A stretch of DNA of 63,845 nt from Carcharhinus longimanus (GCA_030264375.1 JASCQW010000112.1:58329637-58393481), one strand, 5' to 3'; positions 1 to 12,125 are shown, counted from the first letter of the stretch. The notes: generated by a model not told the origin, from the letters alone. Numbers and translations are program-made.

Positions 1-39
1 GCTATCCATAGGCCTGAACCAAATTGTCCTGTTTTCTAG

Positions 40-189
40 ATCAGAGATAAAGTCCGTGCTCTACAGGATGAGAGAGCGAGCTTGTACCGTCACTGGGAAT
101 TGAAGAAGAACTGGTTGGAGAAGATGTTATTGCAGCAGCTTTTCTACAGAGACAGCAGCCAAATGGAAAAGATCATGAACTCTCAGGAG
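40..189 (+). CDS. SPTBN5: SPTBN5 coding exon (window exon 1), phase 0/0
   Basis: ttctag| ... |gtaggt; IRDKVRALQDERASLYRHWELKKNWLEKMLLQQLFYRDSSQMEKIMNSQE, spectrin repeat helix C/A junction. Confidence 0.93.
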
Positions 190-548
190 GTAGGTGTGGT
201 AAGGAGAGGAGAAACAGGAGGTGGGATTTTTCCCTAAACATTATGAGTGATGCTTCTTACATACATCCTTCTTAGCAATTCAATCCAGATGGGATACCAG
301 GAATCATGCACAAAGGCTTTGGCATCAAAGTCACAAATCCAGCAGGCATGTTGTACCTGCAGTCACTAACACAGAGTGGGGTTGGGAGCTCCAGAACAGG
401 GGTTTTTGGAGTCAGGCTATTTTTTATTTTTAAAATTGCATCCCATGCTGTCTAATTCCAGAATTAATGGACTTGAGGAGTGGGGAGGGGGATGAGATTC
501 CAAACCACTCCCAACTGGCAGGATTGAGAAGTGGGAAGAGGTGAGATT

Positions 549-860
549 CATAGAATCCAACAGTGCAGAAGGAAGCCATTCGGCCCATCTAGTCTGCACC
601 GACCACAAGGCCCTATCCCCATTGACCGATGCATTTACCCTAGCTAGTCCCCCTGATACTAAGGGATAATTTAGCATGGTCAATCCACCTAACCTGCACA
701 TCTTTGAGNNNNNNNNNNNNNNNNNNNNNNNNNNNNNNNNNNNNNNNNNNNNNNNNNNNNNNNNNNNNNNNNNNNNNNNNNNNNNNNNNNNNNNNNNNNN
801 NNNNNNNNCAATCCACCTAACCTGCACATCTTTGAGAAGGAAACCCATGCAGACAAAGGG
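549..860 (-). mobile_element. Partial SINE, same family, spanning an N gap
   Basis: catagaatcc..tttagcatggtcaatccacctaacctgcacatcttt. Confidence 0.7.
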
Positions 861-2768
861 AGAACCCACTCCCAGCTGGCAAGATCCAGGATTGAGGAGT
901 GAGAGAGAGTTGGGCAACAAATCCACTCCCAGAAAGTTTGGGGTAGGGGGGTAGTTGACAACTTAATGGAGGTGGGACTATTAGATCCAGTTTACCTGCT
1001 TCACCTTCCTCTCCACACCCCTGATCCTTCTGAATCCCCTTACTCCCCCAGCCTTTCAGTCTCTCTCACTGATATTTCCAATCTATCACCCAAAACTCCT
1101 GTCAACCCTCCAACCCTTTGATGTATTCTCTAGCCCCCCTACCTCCTAACCCCACCAGCCGATCATTCCAATCATCCACATAATGGCTGCCGATTAAGAT
1201 CAGTAAGAATCTCACAAAGCCAGGTTAAAGTCCAACATTTGGTATAAAATCAATCTGTTGGACTTTAACCTGACGTTGTGAGACTTCTTGCTGTGCTTAC
1301 CCCAGTCTAATGCCGGCATCTCCACATCATGATTAAGACCAGAACAGAGCTCACTTCCCACTGACCCCATCCACTAATTGGTTGCCAAACTGTCCACAGA
1401 GTCATTAAAACCCCAAACCCTGTGAAAATCACACTCCGTGGGAGGTGAGGTTGTGACTTACAGTCAGACCCCGCCTTCCAATTCCCACCTCCAGCAGGAA
1501 AATCCACCATTAGTTTCCCTTCTTGAGAGGCTAGAAGCCTTGTTTACAACCTTGTTTATCTCATAGTGCCATCTGAGTCTGAACACACTCTCATTTATAT
1601 TGCAGCATTGTCTCTGAGCGTGCACAGTCGCTGGTTTATCTTAGTGCTGTCTCGTGTGAGTGTGAACACACTCATTTATATGACAGCAGTGTCTCTGTGT
1701 GACTGTGAAGACTCTCTTGTTAACATCACTGTCATATTCAGGTTGCATTCACATAGTCACAGGTTTGACTGCACTGCTGTCGGCAGTGTCACTATCTGCC
1801 CTGGAAAACTAAAATATTGGTGAGCTGATGTTTACACTCCTGCACAACTGGGGAATACTCCGCCTCAAGTGGTTTTTGTCATCTTGCAGATTTGGCTGCA
1901 ATGGTTTGTAGGTTTAGATAGGAGCGAAAAAGAATTGTTGTTGAGCTGTTAAACCCTGAGTAAGTAAGGTGAGAATACATTCAAACAAGTCCCTGAGGTT
2001 TGCCCGGACAGGGTTTAGTCTGAATACCTCCCACAAAAAAAGTACAAGGAGAAAATTTCCACTGAATTGAACAACCACCTCTACAGTTAATGAGCACATT
2101 CATTTGTCAGAGAGTACTGCAGAGTGGTGACAGCTTGTTGGCTGCATTTGGAGGTCAGAAATAGTGCACATTTAATATGGGTTAATGGAGCCTGTGAGGC
2201 ATTTCATATGTAAGTGCATGAAGGATTTAGGAAGTAAAAGCTTTAAGGCAGGCTACGTAATCCAGCAGCTCAACTACAGTTCCGTGTGGTCATTGAGACA
2301 GGGTGTCTGAATCAAGTGTCGCATCACTACCATGTTCTGCCAGAAAGACCCTTTCAAAGTTTTGATTGCTCAGCTTTTGAGTTTTTTTTGCATTCCTGAC
2401 GAAATAGGAGGAGGGAGCCAATTTTCTCAGAGCTTGCTGTCGTTGACATTTTTTAAAGAAGGAAAGCCTGCCTCGAGAAGAAAAGGTTTGATCCAGCAGA
2501 CTCTCGTAGGGATAGCAGCATGTACCCAGAAGCAGCCAGGCTCCCAGGAATCGAGATGCTGCTCAGATGCTCTCTGGCTCGTGCAGTGGTCTTATGCTCT
2601 TTAACTAACTCCCTGGTTTTTCTTTCTTGTGACGGCCTGTACTGGACTTGGTCTCCTTTGATAGTTCATGGTTAAATAAGTGAATCTGATGCTCCAGGAT
2701 GCTGCTGCGTCAATGCTTTGCCTCATTCGGTGAATCTCTTTTCCTGCTCAACAATCCTCGCAGACTTC

Positions 2769-3953
2769 ATGGCTGAAAAGTTGGACACTGAGAGATTAAA
2801 AATGTTGAGTCGGGAACATGGGAAAAGAGTCCAGCGTTTCACGGTATGTAAAAAGCTTTGGCCAGCTCCTGCAGGAACACCATTGCCCTCACGCTCGGTT
2901 TCAATGTTGACCTCAGCACCTGCAGCAGAAGCAGCCACTCCTGCTCGTCGTGTCTCAAGAATGGACATCACCTTGGCTTCCGCCTTGCCAGCATCGACAG
3001 CACCCCATCTCTCCGCCTCCGATGCGACACCCTCTGCCCAGAGCACGCATCCAAGGTCATCATGTGCGGATGCTACTGAAGGGACAACCCCTGCAGAGCC
3101 CAACTCTCCTACACACCCCCTGGTGAGTTCTGAATCTGGGGGGGCAGCATTCTGTCAGAGCTGCAAACCTGGAGTTTCCAAGAAGGAGAGGACTGTAGCA
3201 GTACACCAGATCGCATCATCATCTCTCCCTTTGCTGTCCCCTTCTGCAACAAAGGTCATTCAGAAAGCTGACAGTGGATGGTTGCAGCCAAGGGTTTCAA
3301 AACCACTTTGGGTGCCTGTTGACCAGCCCTGCCACATTGTGCCAGCACATCGGGTCAGCAGACTGCAAGTCACTTTGGCTGCTGCACAGAACATGCCAAG
3401 ACATCACGTTGCCTCATTGACTGTCACCCCACAGTCCCCAGTGCATACCACAAGCCACCAAAGCTCCATTCATAACTCACCTGGACACTCTCGATCGAAC
3501 AGCCCTACGCGGGCATTGGGTGTGATTCCCACTGCCGCTCCACCAGCTCACTTTTCTCAAACAGTGCTTGTGTTACAGGGACACCCAGAGCTCAACGAGA
3601 CTAGTCAGCCAGACAAGGTCTCCAGCTGTACTCTAAATTGTATCTTCAATTCCTCTCTCATCAATGGCTGCGGCCCCATGATCTCCATCAGCCTAACTCC
3701 AGCTCGGGCTAAGGACAAGTTTCCTGAGGGTGACACTGAGACCAGGGCAGGTACAAGGACTAGTTGCTCATCTCAGAACGTTGCTGCACTTTCTGAAGCC
3801 AAGCCTCAACTTGTAGAGAAGGTGGAAAACCTCCCCATGCAGTGCACTTGTGGCAGCAAAGATCATCGCTGGATGACGGAAAGTAACCCACTAGGCATCG
3901 GTTTTCACTCTGGGTACAAGGAGACTAACTGTAGCACTCCCAGTGTGCTGCAG
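2769..3953 (+). CDS. Candidate alternative first coding exon (395 codons, S/P/T/A-rich, probably disordered) in SPTBN5 intron 1
   Basis: Frame is stop-free from 2676 to the gap at 4002; pyrimidine tract plus CAG at 2761-2763; ATG at 2769; phase-0 donor CAG|GTATCC at 3953/3954 compatible with exon 5008; no TE protein motifs recognised. Confidence 0.55.
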
Positions 3954-4579
3954 GTATCCTGCGGGAAATCAATGAGCTTATTTCTAAAGGTTAGACCACA
4001 TNNNNNNNNNNNNNNNNNNNNNNNNNNNNNNNNNNNNNNNNNNNNNNNNNNNNNNNNNNNNNNNNNNNNNNNNNNNNNNNNNNNNNNNNNNNNNNNNNNN
4101 NNNNNNNNNNNNNNNNNNNNNNNNNNNNNNNNNNNNNNNNNNNNNNNNNNNNNNNNNNNNNNNNNNNNNNNNNNNNNNNNNNNNNNNNNNNNNNNNNNNN
4201 NNNNNNNNNNNNNNNNNNNNNNNNNNNNNNNNNNNNNNNNNNNNNNNNNNNNNNNNNNNNNNNNNNNNNNNNNNNNNNNNNNNNNNNNNNNNNNNNNNNN
4301 NNNNNNNNNNNNNNNNNNNNNNNNNNNNNNNNNNNNNNNNNNNNNNNNNNNNNNNNNNNNNNNNNNNNNNNNNNNNNNNNNNNNNNNNNNNNNNNNNNNN
4401 NNNNNNNNNNNNNNNNNNNNNNNNNNNNNNNNNNNNNNNNNNNNNNNNNNNNNNNNNNNNNNNNNNNNNNNNNNNNNNNNNNNNNNNNNNNNNNNNNNNN
4501 NNNNNNNNNNNNNNNNNNNNNNNNNTCATTGCAGTATTAAAGTAAGCCTATCTGTGACTAATAAATAAACTTTTTAAAC

Positions 4580-4720
4580 TATCCATCACACTCCTCGGGC
4601 AGGTTAAACACAGATTAGATGGAGCGTAAAGCTTCCTCTACAATGTTCCATCAAACACTCTTGGGACAGATACAGCACAGGCTAGGTACAGGATAAAGCT
4701 CCCCCTACAATACGCCTCAG
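4580..4720. repeat. Dispersed or tandem repeat unit, also at about 29410-29525
   Basis: ccatcaaacactc..ggacag.tacagcac.gg.tag.tacag..taaagctccc.ctaca. Confidence 0.55.
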
Positions 4721-5007
4721 CTCAATTCTTTGAATGATATCTATCACCTTTCCCTTTTCGCAAACCATCCTCTTTGTGTACTGTGTGGAAAAAGCAGTGC
4801 ATTTCTGTAGCACATTTGAGTCCAGTGGGGTAAGTTGTCAGGCACAGGGCTAAAACGTCTCTAAAACTATCTGACTGTGTTTGAACATGAAACAATTTGC
4901 GAGTCATCATTGATGGCAAGCGAGGATAACTGGAATTGATAAACAAATACACAGAGTGAAGTGTGCAGAAAGACAGTGAGTGTTCATTGACTGCAATTTT
5001 ATTTCAG

Positions 5008-5112
5008 GTTTACCTAAGGTCTAGTGAACTGGGGACATCCGTGGACACTGTGGATTCTCTCATCAAACGGCATGAAGCCTTTGAGAAATTGCTGACAACT
5101 CAGGAGGAAAAG
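5008..5112 (+). CDS. SPTBN5: SPTBN5 exon 2, phase 0/0
   Basis: tttcag| ... |gtaaat; VYLRSSELGTSVDTVDSLIKRHEAFEKLLTTQEEK. Confidence 0.95.
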
Positions 5113-5340
5113 GTAAATCAGGCCATGTCCAAATCAAACAAGATTAAATTGAATGGAGGGGTTGAAAAGGCACTACAAGAATCTGGAAAGATTGTGAGTT
5201 TATGTAACTAGAATTATCCACTCACATGGAATGGAAGTTCTGTCATAAACTGGTGTGGCCCAGTCACCTGTTTTTTGTTATAACCTTGTATGTTTCTAAC
5301 TCCGTGAATGGTCATGATTAACTTAACAGGGATTGAGCAG

Positions 5341-5730
5341 CATTTAACTCTCTTTGGGTAGGCTGAGCTGTGTTTAACTCGTTCAGAAAGGGTTAGTCTG
5401 TGTTTAACATTCTCAAAATGTGTCAGGCTGTGTTTAACATGTTCAGGATACGTCAGGTTATATTTAACATGTTTAGGGTACATCAGGCTGTGTTTAACAT
5501 GTTCAGGATATGTCAGGTTGTATTTAACATGTTGAGGGTACATCACGCTATGTTTAACATATTTAGGATACGTTGGGTTGTATTTAACATGTTTAGGGTA
5601 CATCAGGCTGTGTTTAACATGTTAAGGATATGTTGAGCTTTGTTTAACATGTTCAGGATGGTGGAGGCTGTGTTTAACTCTCACAGGCTGGACCAGATAG
5701 TCTTTAATTCTCTCAGGTTAGCTGCGTTGT
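5341..5730. repeat. 30-bp minisatellite, about 13 units, with a 60-bp dimeric core
   Basis: Units align in 30-nt register: tgtttaacatgttcaggatatgtcaggttg alternating with tatttaacatgtttagggtacatcaggctg. Confidence 0.92.
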
Positions 5731-6085
5731 ATTTAGCTCACTGACTTTGGTGTTGTCAGCATACATGTAAATGTTAATGCTATGTTTTAAGATGATGTCA
5801 TTGAGGGCAGCTTGTAGATGACAAATAGGATGGGAATGGTACACTAGAGGTAATAGTGTGGGAGCAGGAAGAGAAGTCTTTGCAACTGATGTCCTACATT
5901 GTATCAGAGGTTCAAGAAGGACCTCATCACCATCTTCCCAGGGCAACCAGGATGGGCATTCAATGGTGGCTTTTCCAGTCACGCCCAAGAATGAATAAGA
6001 AAGAACTTCGTTATTCATGTGTATGTTGACAGCCCAAAGTCTGTCTGCTGCTCCAGTCAGTGAGTACTGTATTTTTTTGTTGCAG

Positions 6086-6277
6086 GTGATATCTCTGCAA
6101 GAACAGGCAGGTAAGCTGAAAGAAGAAAGTTTAAAACGTGATGATGCCAGCCGCATCCAGCAGAAGCTCAGCACTATCCTGGAGAGGAGGAACCGTATTA
6201 AGGAGCTGTCGCAGAGCCGCAAGGGCGACCTGAGCACTGCCCGTCTCTTGGCCCAGTTCAACCAGGACCTGACTGAG
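6086..6277 (+). CDS. SPTBN5: SPTBN5 exon 3, phase 0/0
   Basis: ttgcag| ... |gtacgg; VISLQEQAGKLK...STARLLAQFNQDLTE. Confidence 0.92.
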
Positions 6278-9200
6278 GTACGGTACTCCTGTGCACCTAG
6301 ATGTCCTGATGTGGGTATGCCGGCGTTGGACTGGCGTAAACACAGTAAAAAGTCTGACAACACCAGGTTTTAGTCCAANNNNNNNNNNNNNNNNNNNNNN
6401 NNNNNNNNNNNNNNNNNNNNNNNNNNNNNNNNNNNNNNNNNNNNNNNNNNNNNNNNNNNNNNNNNNNNNNNNNNNNNNGTCTCTAAAAGGAGAAGCTGCA
6501 ACAAGACAATGTAAATTCTTGTACACCTGGGCATGCACACTGATTGATGTGGCACAGGAGGCATTAGTGCTTTAGGTGGGAGGAGGAAAGAAACCTAGGC
6601 TCTGTGAGGTGGCAGGGGTGGGGGAGTGGGGATTGTAATGGCAGGGGATCCTCAAGGTAACCCAGAGAGAGCTGGGAGCAGATAGCTTGGGTGGCCAACT
6701 CCCAGAGTCCAGACTTGAGATCCTGACAGCAGTGCCACAAGAAGTCTAACGATCTAATGCAGTGTTAGTGGATTCTTGGGCATTAAATGCTTTCCACAAC
6801 CTTATGTCCAAAATATTATGCAGCCAATAAAATACTTCGAATCCAATTCACAGTTGTGATGTAGAAACGCATTAGCAAGTTGCACATCGCAAATTCCTAC
6901 ATGCAGCAATATGATAATTAGAAACATATGATAATATTTCCACTGCTGTTGGTTTAAATATAAATGTTGGCCTGAACTGCATCGGTCTTTGTCAAAATTA
7001 TGCCAGAGTATCTCTTACATCTATCTGAGAGGGCAAATGGGATTTACTCTCATCCAAAAGTTGGCACTTACAACAATGCAGCACTCCATCACTAATTCAC
7101 TGCAATGTGAGTCCGAATTATTGTGCTCCATTCTCAGAAGTGGGACATGAATGCATTACCTTCTGACTAGGAAGTAAGAGATCTACTGCTGAGCCATCCC
7201 CGACAATGTTTAATTCTTTGATAGTATTGGTGAGGGGGCAGACAGGACTTCTCATATTTATAAAGGTGGGAATTGTGAGCATGCATAATAAACTCATCTT
7301 GCCTGAGGCTATATGTAGTTCTTTTGCCCTCTGGCAGCTTTTGCTGTTTACTACTGGAAATCTGTGTCTTGATGCTCTGTTTCCATAAATTGTTAAGCCA
7401 ACAGGCCTGCGTGAATTAATAAAGTTATCACAAGTGGGTTCACCAGGCAGACTGGGATTTCGCTCTCCAACTAACTAGTTGAACTGTCCTTCATCTTGAT
7501 TGGAAAATATCCATCTCATACAATGGCTGAATCACCAAACATTACGGTTCTTAACAATTCACTATCGTAAATGTCATCTTTATGAAATGTTAATCATAGA
7601 TTGAATATGAATGACTGGCATAGCACAGCACAGGCATTTAATTAGTTAAAAGCAAAAATGGCAGATCATGACCATTAGTTCATTCCCTAAACCATCAATA
7701 ATGGCGCAGTGAACATTTATTACCAGCTCCTTCTATCTGTACTAGAATTCAGAATTAACTTTTGAGTTTAATGAAGATGAATTAATCATTCAATATTAAA
7801 TTATTGGTCATGATTAATCAACTGCAGTCTTCATTAATCATTCCTATTACCCTAGTGTGTTCTGTCAGAAATCTGATCAAAACACATCAATTGCTGCCAA
7901 AGTTAGCTACCTCGGTAGCTAGGCTAGCTCTCTGGTGGCATGTTCTGCCTTGCCTTTGTAATTCACTGGATTAAATTCTGCCAAACAGAAATTTACTGTT
8001 AAAAATATCAAAGGAATCCATTGCTTTCATGGACTGGTGCAAGTAAACAAATAGGACTCCTGCTCCTATGGTTCTGCTATCTGTTCACATCTTCATTGGC
8101 ATGTATTAGCTTCCTTTTCCTAACATCTGTCAGCCTCAAACATTCCCTTGAATCAAATTTAATTAGCAGATAGCTGGACCTAATATTTTTCTGCTCGTAC
8201 ATGGAGTCCACTGATGTGTTTAAGGTAACTCATTGAGTTTGAAAATAGGAATATCTAAATAACGGAACATCCATCTGCGATGTATTTAAAAAATATTAGC
8301 AGCAGTCACAAAGTAAGTGTTCATCTGACTCAATGCCAACCTCTTCAGAAGTCCAGAACAAATGTTATGTGTTAAACAGTAATGAGTTTATATGATAACA
8401 ATCGACTAACTCTTCAAAGGCAAATAACATTGAATAAAATATTCATGGAAGCAAATGTGCATTTAATTTTTGAAAGGAAAACTGAACCTTAACAGTAATC
8501 ATGTGGAAACCATTTGCGAATATCAATTGCTGCGAACATGCATAGGTGCATGAAATGTATGCACAGATTATAGTGTAATCATGTTGACCTTTAAATGTTG
8601 GATGTAATTCCCAATAGCAAAGCTCCATTGTACTTAAAATGCCAATTTGAAAATTTTGAATTGGCCGAATTTCCTTCCTGAGTGTTATCCCATTCAGAAA
8701 TAACAAAGCTGATGAAATCAAGTTCGTTATGGCTGCCTGGAAGATTGCAAAGTGTTATAAAATATTTACAGGTAAGAAACAGGTCAGTCAGTCCAAGAGG
8801 ACTATGTTGATCTTTAAGTTCCACTTGAGCCTCCTCTCACCCTTGTTCATCTAAACCCATCAACGTGTCTCTCTATTCTTTCCTCCTTCATTTGCCCACG
8901 TAGCTTTCTCATACATGTATCACTGCAAGTACGTTAAAAGAAAAAGGAAGAAATAGATAACATGAGAAAGATTTTATTGCAATTGACTCGTTCACAACCG
9001 GGGTGAGAAATGCAGAAAAAAGTGGTGGTGGATAGTGTGATGATAACCCACACTTGTCAATAAAAAGATTTCTCTCTGTTTAAAAGGACCTCAGTCTGAA
9101 TAAATGGAGCTAACGCAAACGGCTGGATTTAATATGGCATTAAAAAGTTGGGAGGGAGCCCGCCATCTAAGGATGAAACTTATGCCCACATCCAGGGAGA

Positions 9201-9409
9201 AAGTCCCACCTGGCAGTTCTGGAGTCCCAGTCTGATACCAGTCTCTACAGTAAAAGTTGCCAAGCTACCCTGACTTGGGCATTCCATACTATAGATAAAT
9301 AATGACAGAGGTGGAATAAGGTACTTGATTGGCCATTAATAGACACATCAGCCAAAGGCCTTAAAATCCATTGTTCCTGAAGGGTGCAGGAAGAAGAAGG
9401 GTAAACTGA

Positions 9410-9520
9410 GACATGGGAAGGCTGCCTCATGGTTCTCTGACCCTTCACTGGAGAGGATGATGGACGCAATGAGGGCCTGAAGACATGGGTTCTTTCTCAT
9501 GGATCGAAAGACTATGGCTA
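9410..9520 (+). mobile_element. Remnant of Harbinger Myb/SANT-like ORF N-terminus
   Basis: GKAASWFSDPSLERMMDAMRA*RHG resembles the APRFSxxxLExLLxxVxARR start of Harbinger Myb/SANT proteins; TGG and TGA fit CpG decay of CGG and CGA. Confidence 0.5.
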
Positions 9521-9949
9521 AGATTTGCCAGGACCTGCAATGGAAATTTGGCAGACCAGCCAAAACTCCAAACAGCTTCTTAGTGTTTTTAAACACAGGC
9601 AACAAAATGGTTTGCTCGCCAAACTTCCCTTTCAAAATAAAAGGGTAGTATTATTATTGATTACAGGTTCTGTGTTGTTGTTTATCACCTAGTGAGTTTG
9701 AGGCAGTCAGTGTATTTGAATGGCCCATTCAAAGTGATACATACTTAGATTAGTTTCAGGATAAGAAATTGATTCAACATTAATCTGGAATGTTCCTTTT
9801 GTTAACTCTTGACACAGAGGCATGATTTTAATCTATAGTAGAAGTCAGGTGACCTCAGACAGTCATATTTTTGTAGTCAAGTTTTACAATATAAAAACTG
9901 GTTTGCAGTTCAAAGTAAGATATGCCAAGACTGGACATGACATTTGAGC

Positions 9950-10720
9950 CAGGTCCTCAGACGGCAGCCTTTCTCTCATTCTGAGGAGCTGGAAAAGCTG
10001 TGGGTGTTGTGGGTGTTGTGGTGGATGTTGTGACTGTCGCAGAATGAAAAGCTCACAGCATCTTTCAAGATATTGTGCACCAAAATGTGTGAGCACCTTG
10101 TGGTGGTCACATTTATTTGAATAATAATGGAGAGAAATCCGCTCTAATTGATAAATACAGCAGGATGATCTGAGGACACCTTGATTGTCACATGGGTATA
10201 GCCTATGTCTCTGCACCATTGGGAATCCAGATCCCTCAGAAATCTCCCTACCTGACTGGCATCATTACTGTCAAAGTTGTTCTGAATGGTGGCCCCGGTA
10301 ATCATGGCATTAATTGCTTGGAGGGTGCACGTGTTTGTGGCTGATTGTGAAATCCTGCAGATATCAACAACAAATCCCTGGAAAGATCCAGAGGTGAAGA
10401 AATTTGGATCTGTAGTGGCCTTGGTAGCCATTGGTGAAGCATGTCAACTTGGTCCACTATGAAAGAGTTCCTGTTCCAAAAGGTTGAAGATGTCAGCAAT
10501 CTGCTACAGGAACTTGAGTCTCCTGGGACACCACTGGTCAGTTACATTGAGGAAGCTGATCTGCTGTCACCCTAAAGTCAGGAATATTACTTGATTTGAG
10601 CTGGACCCTTGTGCCTGCAGAGAAGGCAATTGCTACAGGTGTTCTTGCTGCTCCTGCTGCTGTTGTTGTCATGGCTGTTGGTGTGGCTGTTCCTAATGTT
10701 CCTCGTCAGAGGTCCATGGT
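9950..10720 (-). mobile_element. Decayed PIF/Harbinger (HARBI1-like) DDE transposase
   Basis: QISFLNVTDQWCPRRLKF*..NFFTSGSFQGFVVDICRISQSA..IGYTHVTIK..AVFIN..KCDHH..FILRQSQ, spread over frames with stops and frameshifts. Confidence 0.85.
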
Positions 10721-10945
10721 ATAGCTACATAATCTGCTCCCATTCTATAGTGTAGGCGGACAATAGGGAAGTGCAAATCAAGGTGAACAGAGTCCAAACT
10801 GTGAATGAAATACCGTCTAAAAATTTGGCAAAGCTCTTTAAACAGGCTTAAGGGGAATGATCAATTATTATGCTTTTTGGCAGAGGTAGCTGCAAGAGGA
10901 ATATTGACCAGGATAAAACATTATACTGTAAAGAGCATGTTAGCA

Positions 10946-11213
10946 AAGTAAAAGTAAAGTTTATTTATTAGTCACAAGTAGGCTTACCTTAACACTGCAA
11001 TGAAGTTACTGTGAAATTCCCCTAGTCGCCACACTCCAGTTCCTATTCGGGTCACTGCACCTAACCAGCACGTCTTTCAAATTGTGAGAGGCAACCGGAG
11101 CACCCAGAGGAAAACCACATAGACATGGGGAAAATATGCAAACTCCACACAGACGGTGACCTAAGCCAGGAACTGAACCCAGGTCCCTGGCACAGTGAGG
11201 CCTCAGTATTAAC
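10946..11213 (-). mobile_element. SINE subfamily with an alternative tail; second copy at about 34685-34962
   Basis: Same head and core, but tail aaagtttatttattagtcacaagtaggcttac..gaagttactgtgaaattcccctagtcgccacac. Confidence 0.75.
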
Positions 11214-11899
11214 AATTCATTCATTCATGTGTGCATGAATATGTACATAAAAGTATATTTACTCATTTAAAATATCCTTTGGAGATCTAATGTTACTGGC
11301 CATTGCTGCAGAAAAATGCTGCAGAAAAATGCACCAGAAAATGTATTGACCTCCTGTCTCTGTGATCTTGCCTTGTTATTTGGTATATCTCTATTTATGT
11401 ACCAGTTGTCTCAGAGTAAGTATTTTTCGCAGTATGTGTTCANNNNNNNNNNGCTACCAAATAAACCTGTTGGACTTTAACCTGATGTGAGACTTCTCAC
11501 TGTGCCAAATTAATAGGAAAACAATATTTTGGAAATGTCTCTAAATAGCCTGATTCACATGAGAAAACACATTCCCATTATCTATTAACTTTTTAATTCA
11601 ACCCATCAGCTTCTGAAGTATTAATTTCATGACAATGCAAGAGTAAAACAAATTAAAAACCTTAATATGTCACCCAATAGGGCATTACTTATGCAGTAGC
11701 GCAAGCCTCAACTGACATGATAGCAAAAGTTGTTTAACAGGTTAAATGTGTTTCCCATTACCTGATGATACACTACAATGTGTTAGAAAAAAAGAATATA
11801 TCTCCAAGTTTCTGAACCGTGCCTGTAATTTCAAGGTTGAATCTGCATCCCGACTGATATGGTTTCAGGTAATCTGAGTCTAGGTGACAACAAGACTTG

Positions 11900-12125
11900 G
11901 GGCTGGATTTTCTTCATGGAGATGAAGGTGTAAATTGACAAATTGCCTGACTCAGCAGGCCTATCTTCTTATAAATAACCCCAGCAAGCACACTCTTTAG
12001 TAAGGGCTGGGGCGGGAGGGGTGGAAGGGTGGTGGTGGGAGTGGGAGTGGGGGGGGTGGTGGTGACGGGGGCAGTAGCATGATCACGTTAGAACCGAATA
12101 ATCATGACATTTGAGAATCCAGCCC
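11900..12125. mobile_element. MITE with G-rich interior
   Basis: GGGCTGGATTTTC ... GAGAATCCAGCCC. Confidence 0.55.

Noticed and set aside
679-837. Direct repeat caatccacctaacctgcacatctttgag on both sides of a 100-N gap
   Set aside because: Typical unmerged contig overlap; the same pattern occurs at about 36516-36689 and 51091-51228, so these are not biological duplications
3954-4568. Extension of the 616-aa ORF through the N gap
   Set aside because: The extra length comes from Ns; only 2718-4001 is real sequence
5214-5636. ORFs with YPKHVK/FNMFR repeats
   Set aside because: By-product of the 30-bp tandem repeat
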